Positions 39,815-49,861 of a DNA stretch of 64,000 bases are shown here, piece by piece. Numbering within the stretch: position 1 is the first letter of the stretch; the number at the start of each line of letters is the position of its first letter. The translations under genes were made by a program, and so were the position numbers. This stretch comes from Terriglobia bacterium (GTDB taxonomy: Bacteria > Acidobacteriota > Terriglobia > Acidiferrales > UBA7541). The DNA lies in assembly GCA_963695545.1 (NCBI GenBank), contig OY968796.1, forward strand, positions 3,040,001 to 3,104,000, read 5' to 3'. The notes under the pieces are model-generated. The model worked only from the letters and a program-made list of their open reading frames with translations. It had not been told where the DNA came from and searched no databases.

Positions 39815-40336
39815 CTAGATGAAGAGGTTTTCGTCCGGGAAATCGCTGGTGGCGGAAGATGAGCGGCCCTCGGTGCGATGCCGGCGGCGCGAACGGAAAA
39901 ATTCGAGGCCGGTTTGAATGCCGCGAATCACCGCCGTGGCGGATTGCACCGGACCAAGCACCGTTTGGCGCACAGTCTTCCCGGCGTCCTCGACAGCTTC
40001 AAGCGCGCCCGTCAGGATGTGATCGACGTGGACCAATTGGAGCCGCAAGCGATCGAGCGTCTCCGTGAAAACGCGATCCACTTTCTGCGCCTGGCTGCGA
40101 GCGAGATAGGAGATTTCGGCTGCGTCAGAAACGATGGACGTGACGCGCGGCTGCACATCTTCCATCAGCACTTGCGCGCGGATCAGAATCGGAGAAACGC
40201 GCGCTTCGAGGTCGGTCGCGATGCGCTCGACCTTCGCGCTGGTTCGCCGAAACTGAACGTACATCATGGTGATGGCGGCGGCTTGCGCGACGAACGCCAA
40301 GGCGGTCACTGCGACGAAAAATGGCAGCCAGCTCAT
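39815..40336 (-). CDS. Membrane-anchored coiled-coil protein (possibly DUF948-like)
   Basis: N-terminal TM helix then helical repeats; downstream of the YtxH gene. Confidence 0.7.
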   Translation of the reverse strand: MSWLPFFVAVTALAFVAQAAAITMMYVQFRRTSAKVERIATDLEARVSPILIRAQVLMEDVQPRVTSIVSDAAEISYLARSQAQKVDRVFTETLDRLRLQLVHVDHILTGALEAVEDAGKTVRQTVLGPVQSATAVIRGIQTGLEFFRSRRRHRTEGRSSSATSDFPDENLFI

Positions 40337-40470
40337 CTTCTAGCGTTCTCCAATGTCACTTGTCGCTGCGCTCTGGTACGTCAGGCGATGCGCTGGGCGC
40401 CGCTGCGGAACAACGCGCTCCGCGCAATCGTTTCAACAGATTCGTACCACCCGCCGCGGCGTTCTTCGCG

Positions 40471-40767
40471 CTATTGCGCTTTCGATTTTTCGCGCTGATA
40501 CGCGTCGCGGCCGGCTTCGACGGCGGCCGAAATCGATTCTTTTTGGTTCGACGCCACTTTCTTTCCGCGCTCGACCAGATCTTCGGCGCGATCCCGCAAC
40601 TCGCGCGCTTTGCGCTGCGCGTACTCGCGGCCTTCATCGGCCTTGTCCATCAGATACTCGCGCGTATCTTCGCCGGATTTCGGCGCGAAAAGAATGCCCA
40701 CCAGCGCGCCAATTCCGAGCCCTACCAGGAAAAAAGTGACTTTGGAACCCACTTGATTGTCGCTCAT
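40471..40767 (-). CDS. YtxH domain-containing protein
   Basis: GALVGILFAPKSGEDTR signature; GGAGG RBS. Confidence 0.9.
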   Translation of the reverse strand: MSDNQVGSKVTFFLVGLGIGALVGILFAPKSGEDTREYLMDKADEGREYAQRKARELRDRAEDLVERGKKVASNQKESISAAVEAGRDAYQREKSKAQ

Positions 40768-41160
40768 AACGCTACCTCCCTCAGTGTTGTAATGACGCTA
40801 GCACATGCCCGACGCGGTTTCAAGGAAACGGCTCTCGCACGCGCGCGAGCACTGGCCAGCAACGCGCACTTCATTAGATGCGGAGGCCGTGAGCTTCGGC
40901 GGCACGACCGCGAACAATCGAGGGAGTCCGCGGTGCGCAATGGCGTTGCTCGCGAGGGCGCAGTGCGGGCACTGCAACTCCTCGCGGACGTTGGGCGATG
41001 ATAATATCCGGGCGTCCGCGGCGTTTGGAAATGACCGAACCCTTTTCCGGACGCGGGAATCCTGGGCGAGCTTTCGCGCGACGGGATGAGATTTCTGCGC
41101 GGAAACTGAGATCGCGAGAGATGCGGGCTCTGCTTATCGCCCGCCGGATTGAGGGTGCCT

Positions 41161-42183
41161 ATGAGACGGACGGCGAAATCGAAATGCGCGATTTTGGCGT
41201 TGGCGCCGCTTGTGGCGCTGGCGGCGACGATTGCATTCGCGACGGCGGGAGATGCGCAGAATCAAGGCGGGACGGCCGGTCACCAGAGCGCGGCCGCCGG
41301 TGCGACAAAGCCGATGAGGATCCGAATTGGCGGGAACGTGCAGCAAGCCAAATTAATTAGCGCGCCTCAACCGGAATATCCGCCGCCGGCTCGGCAAGCC
41401 AGCATCGAAGGCAATGTTGTACTTCATGCAGTTATCGGATTAGATGGGACGGTCGCGCAGCTGAGCGTGATCTCGGGGCATCCGCTGCTCGTCCAGGCGG
41501 CGCTCGATGCGGTGAAGCAGCGGAGATACGCACCGACGTTGCTCAACGGCGAGCCAGTCGAAGTGGATACGACGATAACCATCGCATTCAAACTGGACGC
41601 GAGCGCGCCGGCGCAACAGACGCCTCCCGCGGAGAGTGCAGCGACGGCGCCGCCACCGGCTGATGCAAACGTGGCCCTCGATCCGCAGCTTAAGGCGGAC
41701 ATATTGCATTTGTTCGACGTGATGCACGTGCGAGAGCGGGAGATCGCTGGAGTCAACATCGCATCGGGACTCGTCCGTGCTGAGCTGATGAGATCGCTGC
41801 CGCCAACGCCAAACCGAGAGAAGATCGCAGATAGGATGGTGGAGAAAGTCGTCGCGGTGACGCAGTCGGACGAAGTTCTCGACCGGCTTGCGGCGGTGTA
41901 CGCGAAGAGTCTATCGGACGACGATGTCAAAGCGATCACGGCATTTTATGAGTCGCCCGCGGGACAGCACTTCAACGCGGCGACGTCGCAAATCACCTCG
42001 GACAGCGCGCGGCTGGGCCACGACGCTGTGCAGGAACAAATGCCCAGAATTTTCAAAGAGCTGTGCAACGAATATCCGGAATTGCAAGGCCAAGCGAATT
42101 TCTGTCCGAAACCTGTGCCGAGCGGCGGCAACCAGGGCATGCTTGAGATGCCTGAGGTAATGCCACTAAGGGGAAAATCGTGA
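41161..42183 (+). CDS. Secreted TonB C-terminal domain protein fused to a DUF2059-like domain
   Basis: Signal peptide; PEYPP.AR...EGNVVLHAVIGLDG; DVKAITAFYESPAGQ. Confidence 0.8.
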   Translation: MRRTAKSKCAILALAPLVALAATIAFATAGDAQNQGGTAGHQSAAAGATKPMRIRIGGNVQQAKLISAPQPEYPPPARQASIEGNVVLHAVIGLDGTVAQLSVISGHPLLVQAALDAVKQRRYAPTLLNGEPVEVDTTITIAFKLDASAPAQQTPPAESAATAPPPADANVALDPQLKADILHLFDVMHVREREIAGVNIASGLVRAELMRSLPPTPNREKIADRMVEKVVAVTQSDEVLDRLAAVYAKSLSDDDVKAITAFYESPAGQHFNAATSQITSDSARLGHDAVQEQMPRIFKELCNEYPELQGQANFCPKPVPSGGNQGMLEMPEVMPLRGKS

Positions 42184-43499
42184 TTACACGACGTGAGTTT
42201 CTGGATTCACTGGCTGTCGGAGCGGCGGGGCTGGCGGTGGGAACAACGGCGACAAGTTACGGCCAGATAATGGGCGCGAACGACCGGCTGAACTTTGCAG
42301 TCATCGGACTGAATGGACGCGGGTACGCGCATCTTTCAGCGCTCAAGGCGAATAAGAGCGCGGCGCGCATCTCGCACGTCTGCGACGTGGACACTCATAT
42401 TTTGAAGAAATTCGCCGACAGCACGGCGCAGACCATGGGTGAAGCGCCGGTGGCGGAGCAAGATTTTCGCAAGATTCTGGCGGAGAAGGATGTGGACGCG
42501 ATCACGATTGCGACGCCGGATCATTGGCATACACCGCTGGCGATTTTGGGATTGCAAGCGGGCAAACACGTCTATGTCGAAAAACCGTGCAGCCACAATC
42601 CTGCCGAGGGAGTGATGCTATTGGAGGCGGTGCAGAAGTACGGGAAAGTGGTGCAGATGGGCACGCAGCAGCGTTCCTCGCCACACACCATAGAGATCGT
42701 CGGAAAAATTCACGATGGGATCATTGGCAGGGCGTACTTCGCGAAGGCGTGGTACAGCAATGTGAGGAAATCGATTGGCATCGGCAAAGAAGCGCCCGTG
42801 CCGGCGGAGCTCGATTGGGAAATTTGGCAGGGCCCGGCGCCGCGGCGCGCGTATCGCGACAATGTGCAGCCGTATAACTGGCACTGGTTCAAGATTTATG
42901 GCACGGGCGAAACGCTGAATAATGGCACGCACGAAGTGGATGTGTGCCGCTGGGCGCTGGGAGTGGACTATCCGATGCGCGTGACCGCGTCGGGCGGACG
43001 GTACGCTTTCAAGGACGATTGGCAGTTTTACGACACTCTCGTGACGAGCTTCGAGTACGAAGACAAGCTGCTCGCGTGGGAGGGCAAGAGTTGCAACGGA
43101 ATGAAATATTACGGGCGCGATCGCGGCTCGACGATCATGGGAACGACCGGCACGGTGCTGGTCGATCGCGATGGGTACGAGATATACGACCTGAGTGGGA
43201 AAAAGACGAGCGAATTTAAAGTTGGCACCACGACGTCGTCTTCCGATCTTGTGGGCGCGGATTCCATGACCGACGCGCACTTCGCGAATTTCATCGCGGC
43301 GATTCGCACGGGTGAGAAACTCAACGCTCCGATATCTGTCGGCAACGTTTCCGTAACGATGATGCAGCTTTCCAATATGGCATGGGAAGTGAATCGCGAG
43401 TTGCATTTGGACACGATGAACGGACGAGTCTTGGCCGATCCTGAAGCGATGAAGATGTGGACGCGCGATTATCAACCGGGCTGGGCGCCGCATTTGTGA
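42180..43499 (+). CDS. Tat-exported Gfo/Idh/MocA oxidoreductase
   Basis: TRREFL Tat motif, IATPDHWH, HVYVEKP, QMGTQQRS. Confidence 0.92.
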   Translation: MITRREFLDSLAVGAAGLAVGTTATSYGQIMGANDRLNFAVIGLNGRGYAHLSALKANKSAARISHVCDVDTHILKKFADSTAQTMGEAPVAEQDFRKILAEKDVDAITIATPDHWHTPLAILGLQAGKHVYVEKPCSHNPAEGVMLLEAVQKYGKVVQMGTQQRSSPHTIEIVGKIHDGIIGRAYFAKAWYSNVRKSIGIGKEAPVPAELDWEIWQGPAPRRAYRDNVQPYNWHWFKIYGTGETLNNGTHEVDVCRWALGVDYPMRVTASGGRYAFKDDWQFYDTLVTSFEYEDKLLAWEGKSCNGMKYYGRDRGSTIMGTTGTVLVDRDGYEIYDLSGKKTSEFKVGTTTSSSDLVGADSMTDAHFANFIAAIRTGEKLNAPISVGNVSVTMMQLSNMAWEVNRELHLDTMNGRVLADPEAMKMWTRDYQPGWAPHL

Positions 43500-43610
43500 G
43501 GCGATTGGCGCGGTCATCGATCCGCAAACGCGCTGGCGGCTGTCGGACTCTCAGATCTCAAAATCGCATTTAGCGGTTGGTCGCGTCGCGCAGAATTTGC
43601 AGACCGGAAC

Positions 43611-45662
43611 ATGCGAACATTCTGGTTCCTCCTGATTGCCTGTTTCTTGGCTACTTCCGCTTCTGCTCAGTCAGTACCGCAATTCAGATTGATGCCGATG
43701 CCGTCGACGGTGCGCGCGGGAGTGGGAGCGCTTCCGATCACGCGCACGCTTTCGGTAGCGATTGAAGGATACAGGGAGCCGCGCCTCGATCGCGCCGTCG
43801 AGAGATTTCTCCACCAGCTTTTCGATGAAACCGGCATTCCAACGCGAGACCAGATCATAAATTCCGCCGATGCCACGCTTGTAGTCCGCGCCGATCACGC
43901 GAGCAAACCTGTGCAAGAGATGGGAGAGGACGAAAGCTACGTGCTGGACGTGACTCCCTCGGGCGCAAAGCTAACCGCTGCGAATCCGCTGGGGATCATG
44001 CGCGGGTTGGAAACATTTCTTCAGCTTGTTGAAATCACTCCCGCTGGATTTGCCGCGCCGGCGATGCACATTGAAGACGCGCCACGGTTTCCGTGGCGAG
44101 GACTTAGCATCGACGTCAGCCGCCACTTCGTCTCGGTGGAAGTGTTGAAGCGCAACATCGACGCGATGGCGGCGGTGAAAATGAACGTGCTACATCTGCA
44201 TCTTTCCGACAATCAGGGTTTTCGCGTGGAGAGCAAGAAGTTTCCGAAACTGACGCAGATAGGATCGGATGGGCAGTATTACACGCAAGCGGAAATTCGC
44301 GATCTGATCGAATACGCGCGCGATCGCGGGATTCGCGTGGTTCCGGAATTCGACATGCCGGGACACAGCACTTCGTGGTTCGTGGGATATCCGGAGCTTG
44401 CGAGCGCGCCCGGTCCTTACCAAATCGAACGGGGCTGGGGAATTTTCGATCCGGCGATGGATCCATCAAGGGAGGAGACCTACAGGTTCCTCGACAAATT
44501 CATCGGTGAGATGGCCGCGCTGTTTCCCGACGCGTATTTTCACATCGGCGGCGACGAAGTAAATGGAAAACAGTGGGACGCCAATCCGAAAATCCAGGAG
44601 TTCATGCGCGCCCATAATTTGAAGAGCGATCAAGAGCTTCAGCAGTACTTCACGCTGCGGGTGCAGAAAATTGTGAGCAAGCACCACAAAATCATGATTG
44701 GTTGGGACGAAATCCTGAGCCCTGGCATGCCCAGCGACATCGTGATCCAATCGTGGCGCGGCCAGGATTCTCTGGCGGCTGCTGCGAAACTGGGATACAG
44801 CGGGATTCTTTCGAGCGGCTACTATCTCGATGCGATGGCGCCAGCGAGACAATACTATTCGGTTGATCCGATGGCGAACGCGGATGCGACGCTCACGGTT
44901 GGGCAGCAGAAGCGGATCCTCGGCGGTGAGGCATGTATGTGGTCCGAATTCGTCACGGATGAAAATATCGAATCGCGGATCTGGCCGCGCGCTGCTGCGA
45001 TCGCCGAGAGATTGTGGTCACCGGCGCAAGCGCAGGACGTAGATTCCATGTACGCGAGATTGGATTCGGTGAGCCGGGAGCTTGAAGAGGTTGGGCTCAG
45101 GCACCGCGCGAATATGGAAATGATGCTCGAACGCATGGCGGGGACTGGCGATATCGCCGCGCTGCGCGTGTTGGCGGATGTAGCCGAGCCTGTCGGCTTG
45201 CACGTTCGCGAGCAAGAAGCGAGGAAAGCGAGCGAGATTCAAACAAGCGATACTCCGCTCAATCGCATGGTCGGCGCGGTTGCGCCGGAAAGCGACGTGG
45301 CGCGGCAATTCACGCAAGAGGTGAATGCATTCATCGCGAGCAATTTCGCGGATGTCCAGGCAAAATCAGAAATTCGCGATTGTCTCGTCGCGTGGCGCGA
45401 TAATGATGCGAAATTGCAGCCGCTGCTCGCGGATTCATATCTACTGAAGGAACTCTCGCCCGTTTCGCAGAATCTTTCTTCGCTCGGCAGCGCGGGCCTC
45501 GAAGCGATGGACTACATCGACAGAGGCGAACGAGGGCCTGATGCGTGGCGGGACCAGCACCTTGCCACGATTCAACTAGCGGCTCAGCCCGCTGCCGATG
45601 TGATCCTGGCGGTCGCGCCAGCAATTCGTCAATTGATCGAAGCCAGCACCGCGAAGAAATAG
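43611..45662 (+). CDS. GH20 beta-N-acetylhexosaminidase
   Basis: DAPRFPWRG, PEFDMPGH, HIGGDE catalytic motif, GGEACMWSE, WPRAAAIAERLW. Confidence 0.95.
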   Translation: MRTFWFLLIACFLATSASAQSVPQFRLMPMPSTVRAGVGALPITRTLSVAIEGYREPRLDRAVERFLHQLFDETGIPTRDQIINSADATLVVRADHASKPVQEMGEDESYVLDVTPSGAKLTAANPLGIMRGLETFLQLVEITPAGFAAPAMHIEDAPRFPWRGLSIDVSRHFVSVEVLKRNIDAMAAVKMNVLHLHLSDNQGFRVESKKFPKLTQIGSDGQYYTQAEIRDLIEYARDRGIRVVPEFDMPGHSTSWFVGYPELASAPGPYQIERGWGIFDPAMDPSREETYRFLDKFIGEMAALFPDAYFHIGGDEVNGKQWDANPKIQEFMRAHNLKSDQELQQYFTLRVQKIVSKHHKIMIGWDEILSPGMPSDIVIQSWRGQDSLAAAAKLGYSGILSSGYYLDAMAPARQYYSVDPMANADATLTVGQQKRILGGEACMWSEFVTDENIESRIWPRAAAIAERLWSPAQAQDVDSMYARLDSVSRELEEVGLRHRANMEMMLERMAGTGDIAALRVLADVAEPVGLHVREQEARKASEIQTSDTPLNRMVGAVAPESDVARQFTQEVNAFIASNFADVQAKSEIRDCLVAWRDNDAKLQPLLADSYLLKELSPVSQNLSSLGSAGLEAMDYIDRGERGPDAWRDQHLATIQLAAQPAADVILAVAPAIRQLIEASTAKK

Positions 45663-45668
45663 CCGCGG

Positions 45669-46439
45669 CTACTTCGCGGCCGGCGGTTGCGGCGCGTTGG
45701 GGCCGGTCACTCTCTTGGGCGATTGCTTGTTCAGCGTATCGAGCAGCAATTTCGCGGAGTCAGGCGGCGCTTCAGCGCCCTTGAAGACGACATCTTTAGC
45801 GTTCACGTGATGGCCGTAGAGTTTTGTGTTGGCGGGGCCATCGGCGCGCAGCGTTGAGCCCGTCAATCCCACGCCAGCAAACAACCCCTTCGCGCGGGAG
45901 TACGTTAGCAATTCGGAATGCAGGACAACATCCTCTTCCGCCGCTCCTACTCGTCCTACCGGACCCGCCGTCGCGGTGACGTCTCCGCCAATCTTTGCCT
46001 TGGTCGTAAGCAGGGAATTCGCACCGTCCGAGTTCATCACGGTGATCAGAATGTCCACGGATGCCGCGCCGCCCTCGAAGCCCCAGTTCACGCCCTCAAG
46101 CGCGACCATCGTCGGCGCGCCCCACGGTCCGTCGAAGTTCGGACCGGAGCGGCAAGTCATAGCGCCTCGACCGAAAGTACCGCCGAAGAGAAAAGTGAAA
46201 ATGAATCCGTTTCCTTTGATGACGCCGGGGAGGACGATTACGCAGTCGGCTCGATCGAGCGCGTAGTCCAGGCCGAGATGCGGGCCGCCCAGGATTTCGC
46301 CCAACACTTTTCCGCAGTTTTGTACGCGATCTTGCGAGCGCTCGTTGTCGGGCGGCGCCTGCGTGTCAGTCGCTTGCGGAAACGCGGCCACGGTCGCCAC
46401 GAGCATCAATGCGATTGCTTTGATTGTCGCTTTCAACAT
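45669..46439 (-). CDS. Lipid-binding SYLF (Ysc84) domain protein
   Basis: Signal peptide, GRGAMTCR, AGPVGR, YSRAKGLFAGV. Confidence 0.88.
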   Translation of the reverse strand: MLKATIKAIALMLVATVAAFPQATDTQAPPDNERSQDRVQNCGKVLGEILGGPHLGLDYALDRADCVIVLPGVIKGNGFIFTFLFGGTFGRGAMTCRSGPNFDGPWGAPTMVALEGVNWGFEGGAASVDILITVMNSDGANSLLTTKAKIGGDVTATAGPVGRVGAAEEDVVLHSELLTYSRAKGLFAGVGLTGSTLRADGPANTKLYGHHVNAKDVVFKGAEAPPDSAKLLLDTLNKQSPKRVTGPNAPQPPAAK

Positions 46440-46569
46440 GGCCCGCTCCTGATTCGGAGAATCCAATCTGGCCGAAAATCCGATTTGGACTCCTGAGATT
46501 GCACATCGTAAATCTTCTGCGGGGTCGGAGACAAGAATTTTGGCGGCGCATCAGGGGCGGTCCTCTTAA

Positions 46570-46596
46570 GGAACACGGTGCCGGGCGGGAGGCATC
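46570..46596 (+). promoter_or_regulatory. Possible ECF-sigma promoter upstream of tonB
   Basis: GGAAC-17-GCATC. Confidence 0.35.
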
Positions 46597-46688
46597 CTTT
46601 AGCTCGGCACGGAATTCTAATCGCAGGACCGCGGACCGCGCTGGGAGTGCTCAGAAAGATTTCCGCCGAAGGAAGGAATTAGACTGAC

Positions 46689-47798
46689 ATGGCCAGCGAA
46701 TCCAAGCACTCGACGACGGGCCCGACGGACGGCAATCTCCCTGACGACGAGAAGGCGCCTCTGCTGGGAATCCGCAAGGACGGACTTTCCGCCGGACTCA
46801 TTTCTAATCTCAAGGAATATTTCACGCGCGGGCCGAGGATTGAGCGCGGAGGTGCGGCTTCGCGGATGAGTGTCGATTGGCAACCGTGGCACCGAACTCT
46901 TTGGCAGAATTTGCGCGATACAATTTCGCCGCCGAAGCTGCCGCCGCTGAAGGTGACGAGCAAGCCGGTGAAGGTGCGGGAAATTTGGAGCCGCGACAAA
47001 GCGTTCGCGCCGTCACAGGGCGTTTCACTTGCGGTGCATGTTGTGCTGATCGTGTTGCTGGGTGTGCCGCTGATTCACGTCGTGGTGACGGGCAAGCCTC
47101 CGGCGGTGCGCGCATTCGGACCTGACGTGTTTTCGCCGTACACGTCGAAGATTCCACCAGGAGATACACGGCCGACGGGCGGCGGAAGCGGCGGCAACGA
47201 AGATCCGATACCAGCGTCGAAGGGCCGCCTGCCGAAATTTTCCGATATTCAATTGACGCCGCCGACGGTGGTGCTGCGAAACATGAATCCGATGATGCCC
47301 GCGGTGCCGACGGTGATTGGTCCGCCGGATGTGACGCTGGTGAGTCCGGCGCTGGTGAATTACGGCGATCCCACTGCGCCGGCTGTGACCGACTCGAACG
47401 GGCCGGGCGCTGATTCGGGCATAGGAAATCATCAGGGCGGTGGAATCGGCGACGGCGAGGGGCCCGGCGTGGGGCCCGGCGAGGACGGAGGATACGGAAA
47501 TGGCGTGCATCGCGCGGGCGTCGGTGGAGTCTCGTATCCGACTTGCAGTTATTGCCCGCCGGCGAAATTCACGGAAGAAGCGCGTAAGGCGAAGTATCAG
47601 GGAACGGTGACGCTGCAAGTTGTGGTGACGGCGGATGGTCGCGGGACGGATATACGGATTGTGAAGGGGTTGGACATGGGACTCGACGAGCAAGCGGTGG
47701 AGGCGGTGGAAGGCTGGCGTTTCAAGCCGGCTTATGGGCGCGACGGAAAACCCGTGGCGACGCTGACGGAGATTGAAGTAACGTTTCGTCTGCTCTGA
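46689..47798 (+). CDS. tonB: Energy transducer TonB
   Basis: SLAVH TM anchor, Pro/Gly-rich linker, EEARKAKYQGTV...WRFKPA C-domain. Confidence 0.88.
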   Translation: MASESKHSTTGPTDGNLPDDEKAPLLGIRKDGLSAGLISNLKEYFTRGPRIERGGAASRMSVDWQPWHRTLWQNLRDTISPPKLPPLKVTSKPVKVREIWSRDKAFAPSQGVSLAVHVVLIVLLGVPLIHVVVTGKPPAVRAFGPDVFSPYTSKIPPGDTRPTGGGSGGNEDPIPASKGRLPKFSDIQLTPPTVVLRNMNPMMPAVPTVIGPPDVTLVSPALVNYGDPTAPAVTDSNGPGADSGIGNHQGGGIGDGEGPGVGPGEDGGYGNGVHRAGVGGVSYPTCSYCPPAKFTEEARKAKYQGTVTLQVVVTADGRGTDIRIVKGLDMGLDEQAVEAVEGWRFKPAYGRDGKPVATLTEIEVTFRLL

Positions 47799-47855
47799 AG
47801 AAAAGCCACGCGAAGACCCCACACCTAAGCCACGCACGAAGGTCCTACATAAAAC

Positions 47856-47887
47856 CCCCACACGTGAAACCGACGTGTGGGGCACTC
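47856..47887. repeat. Intergenic hairpin CCCCACACGT-gaaaccg-ACGTGTGGGG-CACTC (REP-like or terminator)
   Basis: Perfect 10-bp stem between convergent genes. Confidence 0.55.
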
Positions 47888-47924
47888 TCAAGGATCGCGA
47901 TCAATCCGTTCTCGCGGGCGATTG

Positions 47925-49001
47925 TTAGTCGCCGGGGACGTGGTCGGCGTATTTTGGCCAGTCGGCGAGGAGCGCGTGGATGACCGTGCTGCCGACGGCG
48001 TAGGCCGATTCGAGCGCGGGGATGTAGCCGGGGTAGGGCGCAGTGACGTTGCCGACGGCGGATTCGCCGGGAGGCTGCATGCAGTAATCGCTGCCGGTGC
48101 GCAGGACCATCAGGCGGCGGAAATCGGCGCGATGCATGGCGGTGAGGCGGCGCAGGGCCTCGGCGACGGCGGAGTCTTCCATTTCGGTCATTACGAACGT
48201 GCCTTTGCCGTTGGTCCAAAGCTTTACCCAGTCGTCGGCGTACTGCGTCATGATCCGGCCGCCCCAGTAATAGTCGGAGGCGAAGGAGTCGCCCTTGAGG
48301 ACGAACGGAGGGCGCTGGGCGTCGGGGAAACCTTGCCAGTGGGAGCGCGCGGCTTGCATTTCGGGCGTGTCTTCGAGCTTGAGGCTTTGCGTTAGCTGGA
48401 AGGCCCAATTGGCGAGGGCGGCGTTTAGCTCATACGCGCCGATGCGGTCGCTCGCGACTAAGGGCTGATCGGGGAGCGTGTTCGGCCGCAGGGCGCCGAT
48501 GGCGAACAGGCCGTAAGGCCAATCTGCGGGGGCTTCGCGCGGATCGACCTCTCTAGCCACGTCATTCACCACGTAAGTGGCCCAGGCGGCTGAGCCGAGC
48601 GATGCGACCTCAGGATTCACGCCGGCGATGCCATTCATAAGCCAATACGCGTGCGTAAGATCGAAGCGCGGGTCGAGGCCGAGCGCCATTACGGAGGCGC
48701 CGGCGTTTACGAGGGTGGTGCCGGTGACGATGCCGATTACGGAGTGGTCGGCATTGGAGCGCAACGGGCGCTCGCCGCCTGGAAAATCCAATTTTTCATC
48801 GAGATGTTCGCGTTCCACCCAGAATTGGAATTCGCCGGGCTGGTCGCCGGTGTCTTCGCCACGCTCGAACGTGGCGAGGATCACGATCTTGACCGGCCAC
48901 GGCTTGGTCTGGGCGCGCACAGGGCTCGCGAGCGGAGCGAACAGGAGGAGAAAGAGAAGCGGAAAGTGCGATCGGCTTGATCTGGCGACACGCGGGAACA
49001 T
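47925..49001 (-). CDS. Purine nucleoside permease (NUP family) protein, secreted
   Basis: GEFQFWVERE, DPRFDLTHAYWLMNGIAG, MTEMEDS, VLRTGSDY motifs; signal peptide. Confidence 0.85.
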   Translation of the reverse strand: MFPRVARSSRSHFPLLFLLLFAPLASPVRAQTKPWPVKIVILATFERGEDTGDQPGEFQFWVEREHLDEKLDFPGGERPLRSNADHSVIGIVTGTTLVNAGASVMALGLDPRFDLTHAYWLMNGIAGVNPEVASLGSAAWATYVVNDVAREVDPREAPADWPYGLFAIGALRPNTLPDQPLVASDRIGAYELNAALANWAFQLTQSLKLEDTPEMQAARSHWQGFPDAQRPPFVLKGDSFASDYYWGGRIMTQYADDWVKLWTNGKGTFVMTEMEDSAVAEALRRLTAMHRADFRRLMVLRTGSDYCMQPPGESAVGNVTAPYPGYIPALESAYAVGSTVIHALLADWPKYADHVPGD

Positions 49002-49146
49002 GGCTTCCTCCGAGAAAACGACACTGCGTGACGCCAGCTTACCAGACCGCACCGCGCCGAGCGCATAGCCGAAAACGGTTTCGCGGATCGCGTGAATCAG
49101 AGATTTCCTCAGTTGCGATTAAGATTGTGCAAAACAAATTGAAAAG

Positions 49147-49162
49147 TGTTCTTTTCCGCACA
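49147..49162. promoter_or_regulatory. Candidate Crp/Fnr-family site TGTTCT-TTTC-CGCACA
   Basis: Exact reverse complement of 10544-10559; TAATAT 22 nt downstream. Confidence 0.55.
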
Positions 49163-49366
49163 GTAACGCTTTACCGCGGTTATTTAATATGCGCTTCTGG
49201 ACTACCCGCTCTTGACCAAGATCGATCAGAGGTCGAACTAAAAACGAGCTGAAGATGTGCCGATTCCGGGCAATAAGCGACCGCAAATAAAAAAGCGGAT
49301 TCGGCTACGCTCTCTTCGTCGGAGCTTGGCATCTAAGAATGTTGAAGCGAGATTTGGAGGTGGCAC

Positions 49367-49756
49367 ATGACACTCGGCGGGAGAGAAGTGCTTTTGGTCG
49401 GACAAAGTTTTCATGGCGCCCAGTCATTAACGGAACGCTTGAACGGGTGGGGCTTCCGCTGCCGCATCGCCGGAAGCATGCGAACGGCTTCCGACCTGCT
49501 GAGCGCGCATCAAATTCATCTGGTGCTGAGCAACACGGTTCTGCCGGATGGCACTGGGTTTGGCTTGCTCGAGGTATTGGCAGGCCGGCCGATCACTGCG
49601 TTCCTTTGTTTGCCGGTTGAGAACAGCTGCTTGTGGCTGCCGGCGATCGACGATGGAAAAGATTGCCTCGGAATGCCCGCGTTGCGGCCTTCGGAGTTTT
49701 CCACAGCGCTCGAGGCATTGGCGCGGCGATTGGATGCAGAGGCGGTAGTCAACTAG
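49367..49756 (+). CDS. Stand-alone degenerate receiver-domain protein
   Basis: GGAGG RBS; VLLVG...LVLSNTVLPDGTG receiver-like pattern. Confidence 0.7.
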   Translation: MTLGGREVLLVGQSFHGAQSLTERLNGWGFRCRIAGSMRTASDLLSAHQIHLVLSNTVLPDGTGFGLLEVLAGRPITAFLCLPVENSCLWLPAIDDGKDCLGMPALRPSEFSTALEALARRLDAEAVVN

Positions 49757-49861
49757 TCTCCGATTTCAAGCGTTGAGGCGGCGGCACGAATGGATCTGCG
49801 CTTGCCGCGATGCGCTTGCCGAAAAAATCAAAAAATAGCGACGAGTTGTAGTTTTAGCGGA

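Noticed and set aside
39787..39825. Short AGATGAA / TCTAGATGAA repeats between convergent stops
   Set aside because: Only about 10 bp and 2-3 copies; likely a local micro-duplication with no inferable function
49165..49197. dif-like site (minus strand AAGCGCATATTAAATAA...)
   Set aside because: Only a partial XerC-arm resemblance; no TTATGTTAAA-like XerD arm
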